Source: Ramazzottius varieornatus
Lineage: Eukaryota > Animalia > Tardigrada
Length of the DNA: 64,000 nucleotides
Assembly: GCA_001949185.1 (NCBI GenBank)
Contig: BDGG01000004.1
Location: forward strand, 1,327,620 to 1,391,619
Direction of reading: 5' to 3'
This document shows, one piece after another, positions 10,399-23,865 of the stretch (position 1 is its first letter; every line of letters starts with the position of its first letter). A program made the position numbers and the translations under genes. Below the pieces are notes generated by a model. The model was not told the DNA's origin. It did no database searches and worked only from the letters and a program-made list of their open reading frames with translations.

Positions 10399-13300
10399 TT
10401 AAACGAAGGGTTCGACGTCAAGTTCCATGATGGAACAAGGGTTGGTGAGTTCAAAGTGATGGAGTACTTCGGGATGAAGGACACCGAACAAGCCCACAGC
10501 CTTGTCGTGCACCACAATTTGCGCACAGCGTCCATCAAAGAAAGTTTTATCTATGGTGCAAACGGAAAATAATTACCAGCCTCAACCCTTGTAAACTGTT
10601 GTGCTTGACTATTCGTCGGACGATCGGAACTTACCCTGATGGGCGCGAATGTGGTAACCGATGGAGTCCTTGGCGTATGGAATGCCTACCAGCTGCATGA
10701 AACGATCGACCAGGCCGTGGACGATCTCGAAGCCCGATGTCTTGCCGTAGTACAGCGCAGAGAGACGACGATGGTTTCGAGCACCCACCTCTGCAGACAG
10801 AAAACCTTTTGAAAAGAATCAGAAGCAAAAAACTACACATCTACATATTTTAAGTTTTGGGCGTGGTCGAACGAAATGTTAATGTGTATTCAAACCGTCG
10901 CATTGACCTTTTGTGCTGTCCTTCAGTACGACGTCGGAGATCTCGAAGAGCTTGATAGGCAACGACATCTTTTTGTTGCTCGCGACTGTTTTGAGAAGAC
11001 CGGGTATTAAAGTAGTCCGTGCTACTTGGAATTCCAGGGACTTGGGATTTGCGATATGGACAGCTGGTATGTCTTCGATCTTGTGCCGCAGCTTCTCACC
11101 AATGTCGTCACGAGAACACTGTAGGTAAAACACACATCAAACAATCTCATAGCCTTCGGTGTAGCCCGTCTTCTTCCCGTCTCGACATGGACTGCAAACT
11201 CGTTGAAATGAAAGTATCATACCAGTGCGAAGGTAAGGGATTCGGTATAGCCAGCCGCCACCATTTCGTTTCGAAGAAGATCCGATACGTGATTAACGAT
11301 GAACTATACAAGGATGCGTTGTCGGTTACCAGGAATGAAACAGAATGAGCGAGGTGCTACTCACTTGATCGCCGATGGTCATGGACGGTGGCATCTTCTT
11401 TTCGATGTTGTTGTATCCATATGCGATCGCGACGTCCTCGATCAGGTCACAGGGATGAAGAATGTCGTGGCGAGTCGGTGGTATCTTTACCATAAGACTA
11501 TCTCCGTCTGGACCGCTTAGCTGGCTTTCCAAACCCATTCGTCTTAGTAACTCGATCATCTCACCGATGGGTACGCTAGAATGACAACAGAATTTCATTC
11601 TTCTCACATTAGAGAAGTTCGCTGCGAATACTGCTACCCATTGCGTAGACCTACTTGATTCCAACCCTCTTGTTGATGTGACTGCAGGACACTACCATCT
11701 GCCGAGTTACCAGTTTCTGTGTAGAGATACCAAGGTTTGTCAGCTGGATACGAATACGGACATACTAGTAAAACTGTCGGAGCCGCTAAGAATCTCAAGT
11801 TCGGAAACAGGCCACTTTACCGGGTAGGTAATAGTATTTCCATCGGCACCCACCACATCGACAGGCTCAACCCTGTGAGAGAACCATGATGAACAAAAGA
11901 GGAAATCCTGAGATATTAAGGTTCCACTTACATAAACTGAGGCGAACAATGCTGCGAGAACATGGTCACGACCGTGTCCAATACGACCACAGCCTACAAA
12001 CAAGGATCAACGAATCATGCATCTTCTTTCTCAGGGTTGAGCATTGCATAATCGAGAAGTACCGTACCTTGTGCAAGTCAGTGGCGGTACATTCAATCAG
12101 CACATTCTTAGTGTTCAATGTCAGTTTGCTGTGGTCGCCTGTCGCCAAAGCAAGATAAAAGTTTAGCAACAGGTTTCGTCGCGGAATCAGGCTAACATTC
12201 CACGAGGAACTCTCGCTGATCCTATAGTTTATCACCATTGATAATAGGTGGCAACGAACAGACGATTCCATTTTTATCCTTTATAACGGGATACACCGGA
12301 GAGTCTTTAATGATATGCAGATACGGTTTCAGATGGCTGTCCGTCTGAAACACATGCAGTGTATAAACTTCGGCTACGAATTGACTGAATATTAATGTAA
12401 AAAGAATAGCTTACAGCGTAAAAGTCCATAAGCTCCGTTGCTGTCATCTCCTTAGTCTGATTCAGAGGTCGGAACTTGATCTGGTCCGGCGGTAATGCAT
12501 CATAGGTGAATGGACCAGATACGGTATCCAGATCGTGCGTACCGATGGCCACTAAGGTTCTCTTGCGGCACAAGTTCTGGTGTAGCTTATCCTGCAGTTC
12601 GATGAAGCTCGCGTACGAGGAGGCCGTTAGGCTGATGTTGCGCAGGATCGCTCCGACCACGAACGGCCTTATTTGTCCCGTCTACAAACAACGAACCCGG
12701 AACTGCGAATCGAGATCCTAGCCTATCATTTAGCCATGATATACCGGAGAGGCCAAATGATACAATGCCGGAGAGGGGCGAACTATGTATAATTATAATT
12801 ACCTGTTTAGTGACAGTGATACGTTCTCGCTGACCGGAAGTCGGCTGGCTCAGAGCGTAATGCGCAATCGGACACTTTCCCAGGAAGACCTTCAACGCAA
12901 GGGATAGCCCTTCCAAGCATAATAGATCATACCTGTGATACAAAATAACATTCATACCAATCCGTAGAAGCCCATACAGTGGACACTGGCACAGTGACTT
13001 TGACACTGAGTATATACCGCATATGTAACAGAACTAACAGACCTGTTGGCCGGAATCTCGATCTTATATAAAACAGCTTCGCTAACTGGACCTCCATCCT
13101 TTTCCTTCCTCTTCACTGATTCTCCTTGTTCTTTGACGGCTATGGCCTTTTCCGTTGTCTGAAAAATGACACAGATGTGTAAAGAATAAGGAATATCTCA
13201 CGCTAGATGACCACTGCGGTACTGCCCATCCGTCAGATACAATGTACAACAGCTCATGCATCTTACCACTTCGTCCAGTTCGATCCCATATTGGAAACAT

Positions 13301-13500
13301 AGTTCGTCAAATTCCTCATCCTCTGAAAAAGCAACGTGGTATGTGGATAGGGCAATCCACCGTCGGCGACGAGATCAACACACATATACAAATCATGTAC
13401 CACGGCGGAACACGGCACAAGTCCGAAACTTAAAGAACTCACCGTAAGTATGCTGCATCACCTCGAACAACTCATCCCTCTTCACAGATATGGTCGGCAT
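10399..13500 (-). CDS. FARSB: Phenylalanine-tRNA ligase beta subunit, multi-exon
   Basis: [12 protein letters not shown] start, [82 protein letters not shown], final exon [28 protein letters not shown]. Confidence 0.95.
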
Positions 13501-15260
13501 TGTAGTGGTTTGGAAGAGAAGGTTGTCCAGAAGGATCAACTAAAAGCTGAAGCAACGAATCGAGTACAGAGATTAAGTTGCCATTCCCGTTTACTTTGCA
13601 CCGTAACTACGCCCTTGCTCCGCCTCTTTCGTGACGTATAACTACATTTTGCTTTCCGGAGCTCCCCTTATCTTCGAGAAAGAGCGTAGTCGGAGTTACG
13701 GTTGGCTAGCATTGGGAACCATGGTGGCTGACCAACTATTCAAAGTTCAAAGTTCAGCTGCTGCGCTTATGAGTGACGTTGCAACTCATCTTAGCTACAG
13801 TGGGACTTTCATCTGGCGGTGGCAACTTAATGTCTGTATTGTCGTCCTATGCCCCATTCGTGCTTACGCGTCGGCGACAGAAGTCGAAGGCGAGAAGTTT
13901 GCAATCAAGTAATGCGGCTGCCAACGGTTCGCAAATTTCTGACGCAGGCATGATGCTACAACTTTTCTGCTAAGTTTTGACTCTCTGCACCTTTCCGTAA
14001 AACTGTTTGTCCTTCATACTCCGATGCGGCAGAAACGGAATGTCAGGTTATGTCATGTCGTATGGTGTGGTGTCTTGTCATAGACCACAACCTGTCGAAA
14101 GTGGCCGACTGCCTTTGCTCTTTCAAGAGTCATTTCATGCATCTCCTCGTTATCCCCGTCATCAGCCATTTTTCGATGAGTCAGTAGATACCTCGATAGA
14201 TTCTATGCAAGCGATCCTGGGTGAGTACAGAAGGGGCTGTATTACAGGAAGATAAAAAACGCGCCAAAGTTAAAATCCGCCAGAAAAACATTTTCCGCAG
14301 GCTGCTCAGCCTGATTCCCGTAGGTTGCGAAATACGGCACTAAAGAGAAAGTTAAGGCGGAAAACCGAGCGGAAAAAGCTAAGTAATGGACCGTTCGTAC
14401 TCTAGAACTTTTGTTGCAGCCGCTGAACTTTCGCCGCTGGAAGTGCGAACGATGACGTCACCAAAAAACCGTTTTTACTGCTGTCCTCTGTCGCCGACGC
14501 GTAAGGACGAATAGGGCATTGGAAGTCGGAAACAGAAGTTAGTTCCGGCGACTTCCGCCGAGGGGCACGGGCCGAGTTTCGCGTTAATTTTTATCAAGTC
14601 TCAAAGCCGCGATTGCGAGAAGTCCGAACCCGTCGAGGTTGTACGAGTGCGGGTAACAGGAAATGATCAAGCGAAATTTTCAGGTTAAGCATGCTAATTA
14701 AGCGGGATAGCAGAAGCGTGTGGTTCGATTCTTCATTTGAACAGCTTTTTCATTTGGGCAAGTTTTTCACCGTTTCTAACCTACTTTGGTCAAGCTGGGT
14801 AGTCAGAAAATTTTCTTTCTCACTTTTCTTACGAGAAATTCCTTAAAATTCCTCGAAATTCCTTGTTAAGTGGTTTGCAGGAACACTACGAGAAGTCGAA
14901 GCTCCAAGGGCCATTTCGTTCACAAGATCCTTGGGATCTGCCTGATGTGTTATGCAAACTAAACCAGTTCCACCAGTCAGGTGATGACGATGCTGATGTA
15001 TTGATTTCCGGGCTGGTACTTTCAAGTTTACGGCGGTACGTATCGTACTCCTTTTCCGCACTAGGTCTCCAAGCGCAGTTCTTTATCGTCTCCGCTAACA
15101 GTTGCACCTGAGTCACGGCTCTGGTGAAGTGTTTGTTTGCAGTCTTTTTTGCACTCAACGGTACCATCAGTTTTGCAGATTATGTTCCCACGAAGTTGGA
15201 TTAGACCGCCTAACCGCAGCCGCCTGCAACATCAGTTTTAGCCGGAACGAAGTCGTAAAG

Positions 15261-18200
15261 ATGGAACATATGGACAGCGAGAGCGACCTACATCCCGAAG
15301 AATCCACTCCCCAGTTTACCTTCGTGGACGACGAAGCCCAGATTGCGTTCGGGCAGCAGCTCAGTATCCTCCGACGCGTGAGTACCATGTATAATTTACT
15401 TAACAACCTTGACTAAATGCCAAGTCAGCAATAACTTGACAAGGAAACCATCTATGCAAATGACGAAACTTCAGTCACATGACGAATGGCTCTCGATAAA
15501 TAATCTGTCGATGAAGTGTTGTTGGTTATAGAATCGAGAATTTTGCGATGTGACGTTGCAAGTTGGCCAACAGGAAATCGCCGGTCACAAATGCGTCTTG
15601 GCAGTGGCGAGTCCTCGGCTCTTCAACATATTCAGCAAGGATGTCCAGCCCAGCTACGAGATCGACAACCTGGGTATCGAGTACGAGTCTGTGGAGGCGC
15701 TGGTTGAATATGCCTATACGTCCAGGTACAACTTCACAGCGTTTGAACCTTCGACCTTGTACCCTACTGCACTGTAGTGTCAATATTATTCTGTGCTCGT
15801 AAACGTTGGAAACTCGATATGATGCAGGTTAACGGCCAGAGCAGAGAATGTCAAAACGCTCTTCAGAGCTGCGGCCAAGTTCCAGATGGATCGCTTAGTC
15901 GAAGCATGTGGCTCCTTCCTGATCGCGCACGTGACCGTCCAAAACTGTATCGGTAAGACGCGGAAGCGCAAAATTCAGTAGAACCAGGCTTAAACTGGTT
16001 TCGTGTTGGTGGATTTTGTGCTGGAAGTTGAGTGATAAATTGTTCAATTGAAGGTGTCAGGTCCATTATCAACCGGGAGTACACGGCAAAATTAGCCGAC
16101 AGAATTGACAGCTACATACAGGAACACTTTGCCGAAGTCTTGCTCACTCCCGACTTCATCGCCCTGCCACGCATCCAGGTTAGCTCGCTTTGAACGCACT
16201 TAAAGCTGTCTACAAATCAAAAACGAACATCGTTTGTCAAAATAGAGATGATAAATAGTCCAGCGTGACAATAATATTTCAATTAGCAAAGTTGCGAGCT
16301 TGATAAGCTAATCAATTTTGACATCTCAAACCGGCTAGTCTTTCTTCGAGTTTGTCTACAAAGTTCGTTTTTCGTAGCTAGAGGTAATTCAGAAGTCTGA
16401 CCAGGAAGCTCTGCAGACTAACGAAGAACAGCTCTGTCAGATGGCTGTGGACTTCTTGAAGAAGTGCATTGTTGATGGAGAATGGACGCTGGATGTGATG
16501 ACGGAGAAAGTCCATCTCCTATTCTTGAAGGACGAGGACAACATGCTACACGACTGCGTGGAACTGGACGAGGCGCAGGACAAGAAGCTCAACCAGGAAA
16601 CCTGCGTGCAGGTAACTCAGTGATAACCCCGTGTGTTCCCGCTGGGTTGTTCCTAGCAGCTTCTGCTTTTAAGGACTATAAAGTTCTCAGCAAGAACAAG
16701 TCAGCTCTCCAGCACAAACCCGGAAAGCCCTATTCACGCCACAACTCTCTCAGTCGCAACCCAATTAGAGCTCGTCAGCTTCTCTTCTCGGGAAATGTGA
16801 ATGGCCAAGTGTCACAGAACGACTGGGAATACGACATCAAGTGGAGGATCATTTGCGTGATGCAGACAGCCGGTAATCAATGCGAACTTAATCCAGCGTA
16901 GTTTAGTAATGGAAATTGGTAAATTGATCTAATTATTCGAGAGTATTTCGGACTGAACTTCAGTAAGGATGAAGTCAGGTATGAGGTCTTTGTAGAGCGC
17001 ACGCACGTCGCGTTGGCTGTGGCAGACCGGAAGTTGATCGTTCTCAGCGTTGTGCAGAGGGTGGCCGCCACGAATGGGGCGGCGGGAGACTCGCACCACT
17101 CATTAAGCCTCGACGAAGCGGATATCTCTAACATGATTCACATGAGAAAGAAATCCCCTCTGGCACCCATGATGGACCTCCGAGCTGGCTTCGGAGCTGC
17201 GTGCTTTGACAATAAGATCGTCGTGGCAGGTAAGGCTGTCACCAACGATGTGCGAACCATAGGCACTACCTTCCGGTTCGCCTGGGGCGTGAGAAAATCG
17301 ACATCCGGTTGCCGGTGAGCGTGAGGTGAATAGTGCCTTTTTTTCTTCCAGGTGGTTACAATCGCGGGGAATGCCTAAGAGCTGTAGAAATCTTTGAATC
17401 GTTGGCTAATAAGTGGACGCCTGCGGAACCTATGTTGACTCCTCGAGCACGTTTCGACATTGCCGTCCTGAATGACTTCGTTTTTGCTGTGTGTGGGTAA
17501 GTTGACCTGACAGCTCAGCTGTCTTGGATGACATGCGTTGAAATCTCACCTAGAAATTTCAACAGTCACTATTTCTTATTCATGAATCGGAGATCTTCTG
17601 GATGAAAACTTGCTCTACTGGACACCTTTGTTTTCCAGTTCTGATGGCACAAAAGACCTACAGACGGCTGAATGCTATAGTCTAGAAAAAGGTTCTTGGG
17701 AAACCATCGCGCCTCTTACTTCGCCCCGCTCCAGTGCCGGTACGGGAACGTCCTGAGGTGAAGTTCCTTGTCACGGAGCTAATTTTCCCATTTTGTAGGT
17801 GTCTGTTCCCTCGAAGAACGTGTGATCTGCATAGGAGGTTGGAGCGGCCAAACCGTCATGAAAAACGTCGACGCTTACGACCCTTCGACCGACCAATGGC
17901 TAGCTTACAATGGTCTTCAGACAAGTAGGTCCTCGTCATACAGCGACCCGGTACAAAACTAATTTAAGCCGTTACTCATATCTCAGGTCGGTCGCAAGCC
18001 GGAGTGGACGTTCTCGACGGCAGAATATACGTGGTCGGAGGAACGGATCAATGGGATCGGCTAAACACAGTAGAAGCGTATGACCCACGAACCGACGCAT
18101 GGACCTTCGTCGCTCCACTGCAGACTGCTCGACGAGGAGCTGCAGTCGCCAGATACAATGGTTTGTAAAGCTCAGGTGTCTTTTGGGTTTTGGCAAGTAA

Positions 18201-18487
18201 AGTGGTAGTTAAATTCACGTTTGTGTGCAGGAAAGCTTTACGTGATCGGCGGAAGTGATGGCAGCCAGTCCTTGACCTCCGTCGAAGTATACGAGCCACG
18301 CGTTAACAGATGGGTTCCTGGTCCCAGTCTCGGGGTGAACAGAGCGAACCTCGAAGCCGTCCAACTGAAAGACTACCTTTTCGTTTTAGGAGGGTTTTCG
18401 GGAAAAGTATTTTTAAGCTCCATGGAAGTCTTACAAGACAATGAATGGACAGAATTTTTAGACTGTGACACACTCAGGAAGATGTAG
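15261..18487 (+). CDS. IVNS1ABP: BTB-BACK-Kelch protein, influenza NS1A-binding-protein-like
   Basis: BTB (FCDVTLQVGQQEIAGHKCVLAVASP), Kelch repeats including GGYNRGECLRAVE...MLTPRARFDIAVL and GKLYVIGGSDGSQSLTSVEVYEP. Additional 5' exons may lie at 13.6-15.1 kb. Confidence 0.8.
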
Positions 18488-18862
18488 TATTTGTGCGGTG
18501 TGCTTTTATCGGTATTATTCACTTTCCCTCCGCGAGCTGGAGAGTTCCTGTTTGATTCTTGAAAATCCGCGTGTTTCCATACTCCGCAACCTGAGCGCCA
18601 GTTTTCGGCTGCAGAGTTTTACTATTCCTTTTGCCCAGGTTTTGTTCCACTTGTGATTTTCCTCTCTTGCTACCTTTTTCCTCCTGCATGCGAGCCACCG
18701 CTGGTTGATCCACGTTTTTCATTAATTCTGTTTTAAGAAAGAGTGCAACAAAGTTTTGAACTAGAGTATCTTTTTGTCCATCCACCGTAATCACGAAACG
18801 GAATCGGAATAAAGATTTATCCATTGTGAATGCATGGATGATCGGTAAAAAATTCTGCCAAA

Positions 18863-20138
18863 TTATGCGGTTGGGTTTTGCTCACGAAGGTCCTGCCTTA
18901 CAGACTCAAACACTTCTTTGGCAACAGAAGGAATTAACAATTCTTTAGGCTCATATCGTCTAGAAGCGTCATACAGTATTCGAATAGACTCTCGGTGTAT
19001 CGGTACTTGCTCTCTATTCAGAATTTCTACGCAGTTCTTTATTCTCGCCATACACTTCCTCACTTCGAGTGAAGCTATGGAAGAGCCAGCAGGCTTCTGC
19101 GGTAGGGTCGTATGCTCTTTCGATTTGTCTTTCGCCCCGAACTTCTTTGCGTCTTCTTCGGTAATACACAGCGTGATTTCCTCCTCTTCCGGGTAGTCTT
19201 CTTGCTGAACACGTCGTTGCTGTTCTCCGGCGTCCAGTCCGAGAGGAACATTCATCTGCTTCTGTGTCGGAGCTATCCATACAGCGCCATTCACTCCGAT
19301 GATCAACTGTACACCGAAGGTCTCGTAGGACACAAAGTGCCCCTTCCCGCGCTTCGTTAGTCGAGGTTGAACGTGGAGAAGCATCCCCTGGACTAATCGA
19401 CCGTAGCGAAGGCTTCGAGTGTGGAGCAAGAGTTGACTGTCCGCGCCCTGCTTCTGGACTTCTGCGCTGACCAGATCACCTTCTTGCAGGTAACGTCGCA
19501 TGAAGCCGATGTCTGCCTCTGTCTTGCGCCGAAGTTCTCCGCCGGGTAAATTTATTGCGCCGAGATTGAGTACCGCGTGTCTCTGGGCTCCAACATCCAC
19601 CTGAAAGAAGACAATGTGATAGAATAGCACCATTTCCCCCAAGACTTCGCCCGGCACAGACCGAGAAAATCGGCCACCCTACGACTCGCGTACAACAAGC
19701 GACGCTTGGGAGTGACCGATTTACACGATATACTCCGCGCTACATTTTAACTATGACTGCAGTTCGCTTTTCGGTACCTACCGTCCAGGACTTTCTTCCG
19801 ACTTGTATAATTCGGCCGACGACGATGTCTCCAATCTCACCACTGTATCGAGATTTTAGTGGATCGACGACGACGACACGAGTGAATATCTGACGGAGAC
19901 CGGCGACTGAGGCAATGATTTCACTGTGGTTTCCGGGCAGAACCGAGTAGTACGATCCATGCCCATCCATCCATTGTCCTTCTGTGTTGTCCAGGATGAT
20001 GTCTCCGGGGATGTATATCTGATCGTTGCGCACCGTGTTGGGTTTCGAGATGTGTACCTCTCGCATCTCCACATCGTCGTTTTGAGATCCATCCGCTGCA
20101 GATCGCTGAACCATCACCTCTCCGCTAACCGCAGCCAT
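18863..20138 (-). CDS. EXOSC2: Exosome complex component RRP4 (S1+KH), 2 exons (~20138-19781, 19600-18863)
   Basis: WMDGHGSY, PLKSRYSGEIGDIVVGRI, INLPGGELRRK, GDLVSAEVQ, LHTRSLRYG. Confidence 0.93.
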
Positions 20139-20473
20139 GCTTCCAGGCTACTCCGAATGATGTCAGGCGCTCCCGCAAGAAAAACAATAGTAGTTTCAGG
20201 TGACGAGTGACGACTCTCCTTGGCATGTGCGTCAGGATCTCAGAAATCAGGGAAAGAAATTCACTTTAACAACTGATAAGTATGGATGACCAAATAATCA
20301 AATGCGAGCGAATCAAGCGACCTCGATGACGTCGAAACATCTCGCAGTATTCGAAATTTCGAATGTTTTTCTAATTTTCTTCCTCGGAACTCGGAAGTTC
20401 GACCTTTCGCTACCGAACCTCAGAAGCTGAGAACAGAATAATTCGTTTGTTTGCAGGTGGGGTTAAAGACACG

Positions 20474-21699
20474 ATGGCAGAACTGAGCACGATCTTACTT
20501 TCTCGCAGGATCAAGGCTTTCCCCCTGTTCCCGTTAATCCTTCTGCTGACGTTCCTGGTTTCCGGTACGTTGATGTCGGGACTGTTGTTTCTGTTATGGA
20601 TTGTCATATGGCCTCTGTCCCATTTCTACTATCGCCAGCTGAGTTACTACCTGATATATCCGGTGTGGGCGCAGCTCGTCTTCCTCGCGGACTGGTGGGC
20701 ACCGTCGGAAGTCAAGATGTTTACCGACGCGGAGACTGAGCGCTTAATTGGAAAAGAGCATGCCGTCGTCGTCATGAACCACGGAAGCTCGGACCTGGAC
20801 TGGCTTATCGGATGGCTTGTGTGCGAAAGAAGTTCTCTCCTTGCTGCTACAAAGGTTGTCATAGTCCTGAATACGCTTCGGAAATTTTCTGACGGTTTTG
20901 TTTCATTCTGCAGGTTTTCGCGAAGCGTTCGCTGTCTCACGTACCGATCATCGGGTGGATTTGGCGGATGGCGGAAATCATCTTCCTGGATCGAAACTGG
21001 CAGACCGATCGTACGTGTATATCCACGCAGATTCAGAAGATTTCGCAATACAAGAATCCTGTGTGGATTCTACTCTTTCCGGAAGGAACCCGCTTTACAC
21101 GAGCCAAGCACGAACAGTCTCTCGCATTCGCGAAGAAAGCAGGACTTCCGCAGATGAAGCATTTGCTGACTCCGCGGACCAAAGGCTTCGTGCAGATGAT
21201 CGAAGCAATAAACGAAAGCGGAAGTACAATCCGGGCGATTTATGACACGACGATCGCTTTCGAAAAGACTGACCACGACCCAACTCTAATGAATCTGATT
21301 GCGGGCAAACCGGTGAAGGCTCAGCTAAAAGTAACTCGAATTCCTATCGGAGATGTTCCCTTGGAAGAAGAAGCTTGTGTGAACTGGATGCACGATACCT
21401 TCAAGAGAAAAGATGAAGTATTAACTGATTTTAGCCGTGAGGGAAGTTTCGCCGGAAGAAGTTTTAGCCTTCCTCGTCGGTATTACACGCTGATTAATGA
21501 GATTTTCTGGGCTAGCCTTGTGGTTGCACTTTTCTGTTATTTATGCCTCAAGCTGACTGCTAGTAGTTACTTTTGGGTTCTTCCAGCACTGATTGGTTGT
21601 GGGAGCATGGCCTTACGGTATCTGGCCGATGTTACTGTGAGGTCCAAGAGTTCCTCGTATGGAGAAACCTCTCGAAGGTCTGCTCCACCCTCTTCCTAG
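20474..21699 (+). CDS. AGPAT3: 1-acyl-sn-glycerol-3-phosphate acyltransferase gamma/delta-like, 2 exons (intron ~20855-20913)
   Basis: GKEHAVVVMNH..DWLIGW, VPIIGW..EIIFLDRNWQTD, ILLFPEGTRFT, HLLTPRTKGF. Confidence 0.88.
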
Positions 21700-22112
21700 T
21701 TTTACTTGGTTTCCTGCCATTTCAAACTTGAGCCTTGAGTTTGACAGCTAATGACGAACTGTCGACAGTGTTCCAATGAATTGCGACCAGTGAATTGCGT
21801 CGAAAATATAAATCCCAGTCTTTCGGATTATGAAAATCGTTCTTATTCATTCGATTGGTCACACCGTCGGCATAACTGTTTCGGTCAGCTGTTCCAAACT
21901 TTGAATCGCTCGCGACTCGCGAGTCACTCTGTTATGAGTGTTATCGTGACGATTTTTTCGAAGTTGGGATGTGAATCTGTGTGTGCTCTCCATCCGTGAA
22001 GTAAATGTTCTCACGGTGCCAAAGATAACCAACACCGGAAGCGACGCGTCGCGCGTGTGCTGGTGTACGAAGCTTGCACCTCGGGGACTAATACGTAAGC
22101 ACTTGTTCACTA

Positions 22113-22534
22113 CACGCACGACGAGATATTACGGGCTAGTAAAAATTACGGACGAGGCCCTTACGCTACGGCTGCACGGGCAAGTGATTCTTGCTTCAAG
22201 TAAAAACCACATCGAAGGCTGCACTGCTGTACGTGCGTGCTGGATATTGGGGAGCTAAAGCTTGTCATATTAATGTTATAGAAATTAGATCTTCATTATT
22301 ATACCTTCAACAGTTCAAACTATTCCAAGGCTTCTCCGGCCTCCGGGAGAAAGTCGACAGCAGCATAGAAGCGTTAGAGTAAAACAACTGATCAGCTGAT
22401 GGCCACTGTCCATGACAATTTTCTACGGTTGAATTTTACTACGCAACGTCATTTGTGCGATTTCTGTTCGACTTCCATACAAATTGTAAATTTGCCGTCT
22501 TTTCCGCCTGGCCCGTAATATCTCGTCGTGCGTG
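22113..22534. mobile_element. Non-autonomous TIR element (MITE-like, 422 bp, perfect 24-bp TIRs, TA TSD)
   Basis: ta|cacgcacgacgagatattacgggc ... gcccgtaatatctcgtcgtgcgtg|ta. Confidence 0.85.
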
Positions 22535-23865
22535 TACTTCTTTGGCAGCATGTTTTCTTTATCCAGTTTGTTGTTTACCTACACCAGTTTTCAGACTAGC
22601 GGAGTGCCTCTGAGAAATCCATATTTTGGAAAAGATACAGTATCTGACCCGGGCGTAAATCGGCGACCACATATCGGCTCATTACAGATGGCTAAACGGC
22701 ATATCAGCAGACTTGTCGCGAATCGGACTGCATTCTTTTGCTGTGGTACGATGTTGCAGCAACTATGTGGGACAAACTATACAGATTGGAACATGCGTTT
22801 TCATCTCTTTCAGATATGCAGGAGGCTTTCCGTGCGAATATAAAGTATTTCTCCGAGATAACAGAAATTGCGAGGCGTATGGTACTGTAAATCTTGCGAC
22901 AACAACACTTGTAGCGAATTGGTTTGAGTCGCGCATATGGATTTACTATGATGATTGCCTGTTGCAGATCGAGGGTGGTAAAATCCTGGATATTCCCCTT
23001 GTGGTGACCGAACAGGTTGGCTGGAGTTTCTATATTTTGTTGCGCATAATATACGACATCGTCCTTCGTTTTCACAACATGTTCCATGGTTTTTGCTGTG
23101 TTAGTACCCCAAGGGACTCAAGCACACTGTAAAGGAACTGAACATCAGTCATGCCGCCGGAACATTTCCAAAAACGCTATTCAGTATGGTAATCCCGGAG
23201 GTCGAGAACATCTTGACAGAGAAAAAACTGAACACCGTGGTCCTCTTCGGCATCGAGGTGAGGTCTCTGGGACCTAGGGGCTCCCCGACTGGTTCCGTCC
23301 TATGGGAGCTTTCCCACTTTGGTGCTTTTTAGGCTCATGTTTGTGTTCTTCACACCGCACTGGATTTGCGTGAGAGAGATTATGAGGTCCACATTGTGGC
23401 CGATGGGTGTTCCTCAAGGGTAACAACTTTCTCGTAGGTTCTGACAACTGTTCCACTCGAAGGCGTTTCCTTTGTAGGCTTTGAGCGACAGAGTACTGGC
23501 ATATGAGGTACACAAGTTTCACAGTACGCTAGATTTTCTGAACTTACTGCTAATCGATACTTCAGCTACCGGCTATCTCGTTTCAGCGTCTGAAACAAGC
23601 CGGATGTATCATGACCTCTTGTGAGACCGTTCTGATGGAACTTCTTGGATCGAAAGACCACGCCAAGTTCAAGGAAGTGCAAAAGGTTGTCATGGACCGA
23701 GCGCCCAGCACCGGTCTGGATCGGACAGAAAGCTGACAGAGTTTCGGGTTTTACGTTTCTGTTTATTCCGGTGGTGCTCGAGTCTCCCGACCACCTTTTA
23801 CAAAAATATATAGGGTCATAGTTGTGGTAGAAAAACATTTGCATTTTACACTTGCTTTAAACATT

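Noticed and set aside
14863-15111. ORF with LNQFHQSG..DV resembling the start of a BTB domain
   Set aside because: Similarity is brief, and I could not splice it in frame to the upstream ATG exon or to the Kelch gene.
22636-23850. ORFs 22704-23087 and 23274-23522, and a CETC..C stretch, as a gene or piggyBac remnant
   Set aside because: No recognisable domain, and no matching TIR for the tacagtatctg end.
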